A stretch of 32,000 bases of DNA, from the NCBI GenBank assembly GCA_030668875.1, contig DAOVER010000015.1:30001-62000 (forward strand), written 5' to 3'. Under the pieces are notes generated by a model, which made no database searches, was not told where the DNA came from, and saw nothing but the letters and a program-made list of their open reading frames with translations. Position 1 is the first letter of the stretch; the number at the start of each line of letters is the position of its first letter. Below, piece after piece: positions 7,544-15,728 of the stretch. The position numbers and the translations under genes were made by a program. This DNA comes from Candidatus Heimdallarchaeota archaeon. GTDB lineage: Archaea; Asgardarchaeota; Heimdallarchaeia; Heimdallarchaeales; Heimdallarchaeaceae.

Positions 7544-8600
7544 ACTAGATTGTGCGATTTGGGAACTCACGTTAGCTTGTAATATGAATTGTAAACATTG
7601 TGGGTCAAGTGCTGGAAAAGCTAGAAAAGATGAGCTTTCTTTAGATGAGTGTTACGAATTATGTAAAGAATTTGCAGATGAAGGATGTAACTTAGTTACA
7701 TTGATGGGTGGGGAACCATTTGTTAGAAAAGATTGGAACCAAATTTCTTGGTGTATCAAAGATCTTGGAATGGACCTAGGGTATGTGACAAATGCACTAC
7801 TAGTTCCTAATATCATTGAAGACTTAATTTTACTTGAACCACTGGTTGTCGGTATCTCTTTGGATGGCGTGAAAGAAACTCACGATAGTATCAGAATAGA
7901 AGGGTCATTTGATGCTGTAATTAAGGCATTAGATCTTCTCGAAGAAGCTGGTATTCAAATAACTATAATTACTACTCTAAGCAAAACCAATTTCAAAGAA
8001 TTACGAAAAATAAAAGAAATCATCCAAAATAGAAAAATAAATTGGCAGTTACAAATAGGTTTACCCTTTGGTAACTTTGATCCTGCGCTTACTTTGAGTT
8101 TAGAAGAGTTTTACGCTTCTGCAATGTTTATCACTGCTGAAGGAATTAAGAACAAATTCAGAGAAATGCCTGTAGTTGGAGCACATTGTTATGGGTATTA
8201 TTCCCATCTTCTTCCAAACAACAAAAATTGGAAGGGATGCACAGCGGGTATAAATACGGTAGGAATAACTTCCGATGGTTCAATTGTAGGGTGTTTATCA
8301 ATGGGCAACAATAAATTTATTGAGGGTAATGTCAGAGATCGTAGCTTCTCTGATATCTGGAATGATCCTAATTCCTTTGCATACAATCGGCAATTTACTA
8401 GAGATAACTTAGGTGAGAATTGTGTTAATTGCTTCTATGGTGAAACCTGCAAAGGTGGATGTAATTCTTCTTCTCTTCATCTTACTCACACTTTTCATAA
8501 CAATCCTTACTGTTTCAAGCAAATTGAAGAAAACCTCTTTGAGGTTAAGCCATACCGTAAGGAGATTAAGTGGTTAAAAGAAAAAGGAGTTAAGATCTGA
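7536..8600 (+). CDS. Radical SAM/SPASM domain enzyme, splicease (PlpX)-like peptide/protein maturase
   Basis: C15-x3-C19-x2-C22, GGEP, SLDG and SPASM cysteines (GCTAG...GC...CVNC-x5-CKGGC...NNPYC). Subfamily call rests on recalled motifs WELTLACN..C.HCGS.AGKAR.DELS, WQ.Q...P.GN, GYY and W.GC.AG. Radical SAM-SPASM is certain; the splicease assignment is less so. Confidence 0.9.
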   Translation: MYRLDCAIWELTLACNMNCKHCGSSAGKARKDELSLDECYELCKEFADEGCNLVTLMGGEPFVRKDWNQISWCIKDLGMDLGYVTNALLVPNIIEDLILLEPLVVGISLDGVKETHDSIRIEGSFDAVIKALDLLEEAGIQITIITTLSKTNFKELRKIKEIIQNRKINWQLQIGLPFGNFDPALTLSLEEFYASAMFITAEGIKNKFREMPVVGAHCYGYYSHLLPNNKNWKGCTAGINTVGITSDGSIVGCLSMGNNKFIEGNVRDRSFSDIWNDPNSFAYNRQFTRDNLGENCVNCFYGETCKGGCNSSSLHLTHTFHNNPYCFKQIEENLFEVKPYRKEIKWLKEKGVKI

Positions 8601-9883
8601 TGATAAAACTAAATTTAGGCTGTGGTGTATTCTATAAACCTGGATATGTCAATATTGATTTATCAGAAAAGGATGTAGCTGATGAGGTACAGAATGTTGC
8701 TGAACTTAAGTATGAATCTAATACTGTAGATGTCATAGAAGCATCCCATATTATCGAACACTTCGATATTATTCATCTTCCATACGTTCTTGCAGAATGG
8801 TTTAGAGTACTAAAACCAGATGGGGTTTTATACATCGAAACTCCAAATTTATTGAAATCAATAATTACTTTGAAGCCTAAAAACTATGAGTCAAAGAAAC
8901 TCACATATCAATTTCTATTCGGTATTGATTATGAAGGAAATTCCCACAAAATGGGTTTCACTTCTAAATTTTTAAAGAAATATCTTCTCTCTACTGGTTT
9001 TACAAAGATATCCAAACAAAAGCAAAGAAGCTTCAATTCAGAGAAGAGTATAAGGTACTGTTGCAGGAAACCTACTGATACTCCATTGACGAACAAAAAA
9101 TTCTTTCTAAATCATTTAAGAACACTTATTAAAAATCAATTCGGTTTATCAGATACTCTCTTCTTAGATCATTGTGAGTCAAATTGTATGAGTTTTTTCA
9201 GAAACTTGAAACTAAAAAATGACATGGATAATTTGAACGATGAATTATGCTTAGAACTAATAGCTTCCCTAACACTTTTTAGTCCCAAAGTAGCTAAAAT
9301 CTTCATTAAGCTTTTCTCAGACAACTTGCCTGCTAACATTAATCTTGATATAATAGATTATTTAGATTCAATAGATTTCTCATCTAGAATGTATGAGAGT
9401 TGGAAGAGTTGGATAAAAAATAAAGATGGAACTATGTACGCTGCATTTTATTTCTACAATCACTGGACTTCAAAAATAAAGAAAAATTTGTTAGCAGAAA
9501 CTAAAATTGATGTTATGTATGATTACATTGAATCATTAGATAAAAGTGATTACAATTACTTCTGTTTTGAGCAAGTAAATATCTTATCTCTCAGGACATC
9601 TAATCAAGGTTTACGATACTTCTCCAACAAAAATTTTGAGAAAGCAAAGGAGTTATTTCTAGAAGCATTGAAGCTTCAACCCTATGATCCAGTTTCAAAC
9701 TGGAATCTAGCTAGATTATCTAAAAATTCTGATAACAAAGAAAAGTTGCTCTTCTATTACAAACAAGCAATTATGAATGTCTCATCTAGAAAGCACAAAA
9801 AGAAAATTAGAAAGGAAGTTAAACTTCTTAAGAACGGTAATAGTAAACTAATATCTTCAGAACCTATTCAAATTAGATTCTAG
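8600..9883 (+). CDS. SAM-dependent methyltransferase-like domain fused to a helical region and C-terminal TPR
   Basis: KLNLGCG, VNID, ASHIIEHF, EWFRVLKPDG at the N-terminus. TPR-like NQGLRYFSNKNFEKAKELFLEALKLQPYDPVSNWNLA at the C-terminus. ATG overlaps the radical SAM TGA. Confidence 0.75.
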   Translation: MIKLNLGCGVFYKPGYVNIDLSEKDVADEVQNVAELKYESNTVDVIEASHIIEHFDIIHLPYVLAEWFRVLKPDGVLYIETPNLLKSIITLKPKNYESKKLTYQFLFGIDYEGNSHKMGFTSKFLKKYLLSTGFTKISKQKQRSFNSEKSIRYCCRKPTDTPLTNKKFFLNHLRTLIKNQFGLSDTLFLDHCESNCMSFFRNLKLKNDMDNLNDELCLELIASLTLFSPKVAKIFIKLFSDNLPANINLDIIDYLDSIDFSSRMYESWKSWIKNKDGTMYAAFYFYNHWTSKIKKNLLAETKIDVMYDYIESLDKSDYNYFCFEQVNILSLRTSNQGLRYFSNKNFEKAKELFLEALKLQPYDPVSNWNLARLSKNSDNKEKLLFYYKQAIMNVSSRKHKKKIRKEVKLLKNGNSKLISSEPIQIRF

Positions 9884-9914
9884 CTTTGGAGAAATGGAAG
9901 GTAACTAGTTTCAA

Positions 9915-9933
9915 CTATCTCTAAATTAGATAG
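9915..9933 (+). terminator. Small hairpin after the MTase-TPR gene (possible terminator)
   Basis: CTATCT-ctaaatt-AGATAG 6-bp stem. There is no clear T-tract. Confidence 0.2.
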
Positions 9934-9950
9934 GAGATATATCAAATCAA

Positions 9951-9963
9951 ATAAACTTATAAA
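9951..9963 (+). promoter_or_regulatory. TATA candidate for the glycyl radical enzyme operon
   Basis: ATAAAC-TTATAAA about 40 nt upstream of GTG 10001, with a GAGGG RBS between them. Confidence 0.45.
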
Positions 9964-10000
9964 TCTTCTAAACAAAATCTCTCGAAAAGAGGGCATTTTA

Positions 10001-12400
10001 GTGACAAAAGCTATTAAGGACACAGATAACATCTGGCAACCATCTGAAAATCTTAGTCCGAGAATAAAAAGATTAAGAGATGAATATTTCTCCTTTTACG
10101 AACGTTATGATTATTATACGAATGAAGTTCGCCCTTACACAACAGGTACTTCTTGGGATGATGTTTATAGTTATACTAACTGGGGAGCAGCTCCTGAGGG
10201 GCTTGACTTTTTTCCAGGTTATAAAGACAATCTACGCTCTTTAGCTGAAAAGGTTGAATTTCCTAATGAGTTCTATAAATTATCTATTGCTGAAAGAAGA
10301 GCTCATTTCTTAAACAAAGTTGTTGAGAAAAATCTCCCTGCTATTATCCTTAAAGGTGAATTAATTATAGGAAGCCATTTCAGTACAGCTTTAAGTAGAA
10401 CTCTTACAAAATCTGAAACAAAGAAGTGGTCAAAAGATCAGAATAAATACTTCAAGGAGTTAGTTTTTAGATGTGAAACTGGGGAATTTAACTATGGTGC
10501 CATTCCTGGTCATCTAATTCCAAACTATGAAAAAGCTATAAAGATTGGTTTCTCTGGTATTCAAAAAGAGTTGAAGGAATTAAGAAAATCTCCAAAGAAC
10601 AAAGAACATTCTCAATGGCTTGATGCACTCATTGAGTCTTGTGAGGTCCCTAAACTGCTTGCTGAACGATATTCTAAGGAAGCAGAGAAACTAGCTAAAC
10701 TGGAAAAGGACCCTAGTAGAAAATCTGAGCTTCTCTATCTCTCTCAAATTTGTAAAAAAGTTCCTTGGGAGCCTGCTGAATCTTTCTGGGAAGCTGTACA
10801 ATCTCTTTGGTTTACTCATATTTTAGTTATGGCAGCTGAAAGCTATCCTGGACCAGGAACAAGTCCTGGACGAATTGATCAGTATCTCTACCCTTACTTT
10901 AAACAAGATATTGACAACGGAAAAATAGATTATGATTTTGCAAAGGAGATCTTAAGTTGTTATTGGATTAAACACAATTATGCTTATGATTTTCAAGGAC
11001 AAGTTGGAAATTCTCAAGGAATAAATTCTAGTTTTGGTCAATTAATTACTCTTGGTGGAATAGATGAAAATCATGAGGATGCATCAAATGAATTAACACT
11101 TTTAATGTTGGATATAATCGATGAAATTAATCTTCTTGAACCCAAGCCTAATGTAAGAATTCATGCGAAGACATCAGATAAAGTCGTGAAGAAAGTTGCT
11201 GAAATGATTGTTAAATCTCAAGGAAGTCCATTCCTGATGAATTTTGACGAAACAGCTATGAAAGGACTGATTTGGCAAGGTATACCTGAGGACGAAGTTT
11301 GGAATTATGGTCCCGTTGGTTGTCTAGAAAATACTATGATTGGTAATGATGTTTCCGGAACCGTTGATGTTAATGTTAACATTGCTAAGGCAGTTGAACT
11401 AACATTGTTCAATGGTAAAGATCTCCAAACAAAAAAGCAAGTAGGACCAAAAACAGGAAATCCAAAGAAATTCAAAACATTTGATCATTTTAAAGATGCA
11501 TACATTAAGCAACTCACTGCCTTGCTAGATAGAGCTATTGACGCAAATAATCATGCTGATATGATAAGAGCAGTTTACGAGCCTGTTCCGTATGTTTCTC
11601 TATTAATCGATGGATGTGCAGAATCTGGCAAAGATTGTAGAGCTGGAGGAGCTAAATATAATTTCATAACGGTCGAAGCTTTAGGTTTAGCAAATGTCGC
11701 TGATTCTCTAGCTGCTGTTAAAAAACTTGTTTATGAAGAAAAAAGAATAACAATGGATCATCTTCTAAAAGCTCTTAAGAAAAATTATGAAGGATATGAA
11801 GAAACTAGACAACTACTGCTAAATCATGCTCCTAAGTATGGTAATGATGATGATTATGTAGATAGTATCGCACGAGAGATTTCTCAATATTGGGGGATCT
11901 ATGTTTCAACAAAAACTTCCCCTATTACTAACAGACAGTATCGTGGTGGTTATCTTTCTTGGAATTATTTCATTTCTTTTGCACCCAAAACTGGAGCTCT
12001 TCCAGATGGTCGTCCAAGAGGAGCTTACTTATCGGGTGGTGTTGGACCAACTCAAGGTGTTGATACCAGTGGTCCAACAGCTTCTATAATGAGTGTTGGT
12101 AAACTTGGCGTGGAAGTACAACCTAATGGATCATCTCATACAATGTCATTTAGCCCAGCAAGTCTTCGAGATGAGGAACATGTAGAAAAACTCATTGCAC
12201 TTCTTAGGGCCTATGGGCATGTTGGGGGAACTGCGTTACAAACAAATGTTGTCAGTATTGATACACTCAAGAATGCTCAAACTGATCCAGAGAAATATAG
12301 AAACCTCTTAGTACGAGTTACAGGATATAATGCGTATTTCACAACCTTAGGAAAAGAACAACAAGATGAGATAATTGCAAGAGAATCTCATAAAGTCTAA
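10001..12400 (+). CDS. Glycyl radical enzyme (PFL2/dehydratase-lyase-like; substrate unknown)
   Basis: C-terminal LLVRVTGYNAYF (Gly775), active-site loop GCLEN (Cys441), SPGRIDQYLYPY, GALPDGR. 799 aa. Confidence 0.9.
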   Translation: MTKAIKDTDNIWQPSENLSPRIKRLRDEYFSFYERYDYYTNEVRPYTTGTSWDDVYSYTNWGAAPEGLDFFPGYKDNLRSLAEKVEFPNEFYKLSIAERRAHFLNKVVEKNLPAIILKGELIIGSHFSTALSRTLTKSETKKWSKDQNKYFKELVFRCETGEFNYGAIPGHLIPNYEKAIKIGFSGIQKELKELRKSPKNKEHSQWLDALIESCEVPKLLAERYSKEAEKLAKLEKDPSRKSELLYLSQICKKVPWEPAESFWEAVQSLWFTHILVMAAESYPGPGTSPGRIDQYLYPYFKQDIDNGKIDYDFAKEILSCYWIKHNYAYDFQGQVGNSQGINSSFGQLITLGGIDENHEDASNELTLLMLDIIDEINLLEPKPNVRIHAKTSDKVVKKVAEMIVKSQGSPFLMNFDETAMKGLIWQGIPEDEVWNYGPVGCLENTMIGNDVSGTVDVNVNIAKAVELTLFNGKDLQTKKQVGPKTGNPKKFKTFDHFKDAYIKQLTALLDRAIDANNHADMIRAVYEPVPYVSLLIDGCAESGKDCRAGGAKYNFITVEALGLANVADSLAAVKKLVYEEKRITMDHLLKALKKNYEGYEETRQLLLNHAPKYGNDDDYVDSIAREISQYWGIYVSTKTSPITNRQYRGGYLSWNYFISFAPKTGALPDGRPRGAYLSGGVGPTQGVDTSGPTASIMSVGKLGVEVQPNGSSHTMSFSPASLRDEEHVEKLIALLRAYGHVGGTALQTNVVSIDTLKNAQTDPEKYRNLLVRVTGYNAYFTTLGKEQQDEIIARESHKV

Positions 12401-12414
12401 AGAGCAAATCTCTA

Positions 12415-13368
12415 ATGTCAGTAAACCAAAACCTTTCAGGTAGAGTATTAAACATCCAACGATTCTCAACAGAAGATGGACCTGGTATCAGAACAACCAT
12501 TTTTCTTCAAGGTTGTGCGTTACGATGTAAATGGTGTCAGAATCCTGAAAGTTGGTATTTAAAACCTCAATTAGTATGGTACGATGATAGATGTATAGCA
12601 GCTAAAGATTGCTTATTAGCATGTCCGGAGGATGCACTAGACCTTACAGCTGAAGGAATGGTTATTGATAGAGAAAAATGTACGGGTTGTGGGAAATGTG
12701 TAGTAGCATGTCCAACAAAATCATATGAAATTATGGGGAAAGAAATGTCTGCAACAGCAGTCATTAAACAAGCTTTACGTGACAAAACATTCTATGAACA
12801 ATCTGAAGGTGGAGTGACAATTTCAGGAGGGGATCCTCTCTTTCAGCAGAAATTTAGTCTGGAAATACTTAACTCCCTAAAACAAGAAGGAATTCACACT
12901 GCAATTGATACAACAGGTTTTTCTAAACCAGAAGAATTTCAGCAATTGGTGGATCTTTCTGATTTAATACTTCTAGACTTCAAACAGATGAACCCTAATT
13001 TACACAAAGAATTTACAGATGTAGATTTAGATAAAATTCTTACAAACGCTAAATGGTTGGGTGTACAAAAAAAGAAAGTTTGGATAAGAACTCCAATTAT
13101 TCCCGAGTATACAGATCAAGAAGAGAATATAATTGAAATTGCTAAATTCATAAAAGAGAATATGAGTGATGTTGTTGAAAGATGGGATCTACTAACTTAC
13201 AATAATCTATGTGTTTCAAAATGGAAAAGATTAGATATTTGTTATGAATTAGAACATTTACCTTTAGTAACAACATCAAAAATCCAGAAACTTGCAGACT
13301 TAGCAAAAGAGTCTGGTGTGCCTGTCACTTGGACAGGAGTCTTACAAAAAAATGAAAATGATGGATAA
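12415..13368 (+). CDS. Glycyl radical enzyme activating enzyme (radical SAM, long form with ferredoxin insertion)
   Basis: DGPGIRTTIFLQGCALRCKWCQNPES, insertion CIAAKDCLLAC...CTGCGKCVVAC, GGVTISGGDP, WIRTPIIP. Lies directly downstream of the GRE. Confidence 0.92.
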   Translation: MSVNQNLSGRVLNIQRFSTEDGPGIRTTIFLQGCALRCKWCQNPESWYLKPQLVWYDDRCIAAKDCLLACPEDALDLTAEGMVIDREKCTGCGKCVVACPTKSYEIMGKEMSATAVIKQALRDKTFYEQSEGGVTISGGDPLFQQKFSLEILNSLKQEGIHTAIDTTGFSKPEEFQQLVDLSDLILLDFKQMNPNLHKEFTDVDLDKILTNAKWLGVQKKKVWIRTPIIPEYTDQEENIIEIAKFIKENMSDVVERWDLLTYNNLCVSKWKRLDICYELEHLPLVTTSKIQKLADLAKESGVPVTWTGVLQKNENDG

Positions 13369-13376
13369 GAGTAAAA

Positions 13377-14168
13377 ATGAAATTAACAGAAAAAGCAAAA
13401 GAAGCATTTAATATCTTTGAAGCTGCTAAATTTATGGCAACTAAAGATGAGGCTAACATCCCTAATATTGCTATGATCGCAACCTTAAGTCCATGGGGTG
13501 AAGATGAACTAATCTTTGGAACATTTTTAATGTGGCAGACTGAGAAGAACCTTCGAAGTGGTTCTCCTGTTACTGCTAGTGTTATGACAACTAACTTTGA
13601 TAGTTATCAAGTAAAGGGAGAATTTCTAGGTTTCGAGAAGCAAGGTGAAAAATTTGATACTTTGAGTAATTTAGATCTTTTTAGATATTCAGCTATCGGT
13701 CTTCTTAGATCAGTTGGAACTATTGCAGTTAAAGAAGTTAAACCTCTCAATTTAAGTTTGTTTTCCGTAGCACGAGAGTGGATGTCAACAAAATTTGGTG
13801 GTAAAAGACCAAAAGATTTTCCGGAAGGTAAAAAAGCTAATCCAATAGTTGTTAAGAACACAAGCGTCCTGATGGGTGCCAAATATCTTACCGTCATAAG
13901 AGACAACGAATTAGAACAGTTTCCAGTTCTTGGGATGAGACCCGTAGAAGATTATTTAGCGATTAGAGCTGATTTACCTTTAGAAGTAGGAGAAAATGTT
14001 GCAGTATCTTCTTTCAACCTTGGTCTTAAAGCATATCAGTTTAAAGGAACATATCAAGGTGTAAAAAGAGCTAGAGGTATCACTTTAGGTTACGTAAAAG
14101 TAGATAGAATACTTTCACAGACTCCTCCTTTAGTTTCTAAAGAGGTTCCTTCAGATAATTTCAATTAG
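13377..14168 (+). CDS. Pyridoxamine 5'-phosphate oxidase-like (split-barrel) protein with two tandem domains
   Basis: FMATKDEANIPN...QTEKNLRSGSPV...SYQVKG is echoed by KYLTVIRD...ENVAV...AYQFKG. Confidence 0.65.
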   Translation: MKLTEKAKEAFNIFEAAKFMATKDEANIPNIAMIATLSPWGEDELIFGTFLMWQTEKNLRSGSPVTASVMTTNFDSYQVKGEFLGFEKQGEKFDTLSNLDLFRYSAIGLLRSVGTIAVKEVKPLNLSLFSVAREWMSTKFGGKRPKDFPEGKKANPIVVKNTSVLMGAKYLTVIRDNELEQFPVLGMRPVEDYLAIRADLPLEVGENVAVSSFNLGLKAYQFKGTYQGVKRARGITLGYVKVDRILSQTPPLVSKEVPSDNFN

Positions 14169-14182
14169 AAGAAGAAGGAATT

Positions 14183-15304
14183 TTATTTCCTTTTTCTTAA
14201 AACTGTAACAATTGCAGCTAATGCAATAAACCCTAGAATAACAGATAAGGTTCCATATGAAGCGCCAGAAACATCATTTATAATTGTAAAGACCTTGCTG
14301 GATACCATGACAGTGGGAATTGTAATAGCTTCGTAATCCCAACTAAAGTGAGGTTTCATCCCAATTGCTGCAAAATATACGTAATTGTTGCCAGCATTAA
14401 GTGGAAAGGTATACTCATTTTTTAGTGAGAATGCTCCATCATTTGCCCACCAAAAGGAAATGCCAGGTCCAAGGTGATGTAGACTCTGAAACACTGCATA
14501 TCCGTCATCTTCAACTAGAGCTAGTGGATAGGTTGAGTAATTGTAATCAGCTTCCACATAAGCATCATCAACCGATCTAAGTAATGTTTGAGAAAGAGTA
14601 CTAACATCACTATCATGTAGTTCTGTTGTGACACGAATATCGGTCCAAGTCCATTCAAAGTGATTTACTAGTTGATCTGCATCAGTTGGATAGGATCTAA
14701 CATTACAAACATTCGATGCCTGTTTTCTTTCAGGTGGATTGTCTATTGGGTCTTCTGAAACATAGAAGTATAAATTATCTTTAGCCCATTCCCAACTGAA
14801 GGTTGTGTGATAGATATCAGAAACAACCTCTCCTGCGATAATTGTCAGCAAATGCCAACCTTCTTCTAGAGTTACTGCTATGCCTTGAGTTGTGTTTATT
14901 CCAGAATATTGACCTATATTTGAAATTCCTAGGTCAGTATTGTCTAAATATAAATTGAAATTGCCTTGTAACCTAGTAACATTATACTCACCAAATTCAT
15001 TAGGTTCATTGAAATACCATTGATTAACATAAGATTCTTCCCCGCTATCAGTAAATAAAGTGTCATCAGCAATATCTATGTCAAAACCAAACCATATATC
15101 GTCATCTGTCGTATAGACTTGCTCATTAGCCATTATTGATCTGTTAAATTCTATAAACATTGAAGGACCGAGTTCATAAGTAAAAATTGGTGCAATCTTC
15201 AAAGTAACTGGAACAAGTTTCGTTTCTTGTTCTCCAATTATAGTTAAAGCAGAAAATGTTGATGCCAGAATCAAAACAAGTAAAACAAAATTTTTCTTAT
15301 TCAT
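14183..15304 (-). CDS. Hypothetical cell-surface protein with signal peptide and C-terminal membrane anchor
   Basis: MNKK plus hydrophobic N-terminus; acidic, aromatic-rich body; C-terminal TM followed by RKRK. Confidence 0.7.
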   Translation of the reverse strand: MNKKNFVLLVLILASTFSALTIIGEQETKLVPVTLKIAPIFTYELGPSMFIEFNRSIMANEQVYTTDDDIWFGFDIDIADDTLFTDSGEESYVNQWYFNEPNEFGEYNVTRLQGNFNLYLDNTDLGISNIGQYSGINTTQGIAVTLEEGWHLLTIIAGEVVSDIYHTTFSWEWAKDNLYFYVSEDPIDNPPERKQASNVCNVRSYPTDADQLVNHFEWTWTDIRVTTELHDSDVSTLSQTLLRSVDDAYVEADYNYSTYPLALVEDDGYAVFQSLHHLGPGISFWWANDGAFSLKNEYTFPLNAGNNYVYFAAIGMKPHFSWDYEAITIPTVMVSSKVFTIINDVSGASYGTLSVILGFIALAAIVTVLRKRK

Positions 15305-15728
15305 TTGTCAATACCTTTTTTACATTTGTGTTTCTTCAAGCATAAAAAAATCTTTCCACGTTTGCATGGTGAAACATTAAAATAATAGAAACATTAAAAC
15401 CGTAGTCAACTGATGAGCAGAAACTTACCCAATCTTGTTATGAGGGAAAATGAGGGGAAAAATTTTTAGCGAAAATAAGAAAGAGAGAATATGTTAGTGA
15501 GAATAGGGAAAACTCCTCCTAGCTGACTTTTCTTCGCGTTTATATGCCATTCTGTGGATAAGTAGGTGAAGACAATGGTCTCACAAGCAACAAAACAAAT
15601 ACAAGTAGCTGTCAACCCTCATACAAAAACAGTGATGGAATTGAGAAGGATTATATAGATTTTATTTCAGGAACAATAGCAGAAATTACTGTTGCAGAGA
15701 AGAAGGTGAGTCTTGTAGTAAAGGATAG

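Noticed and set aside
10001-12400. Calling the GRE pyruvate formate-lyase
   Set aside because: It lacks the adjacent Cys-Cys pair of true PFL and has a single Cys in GCLEN.
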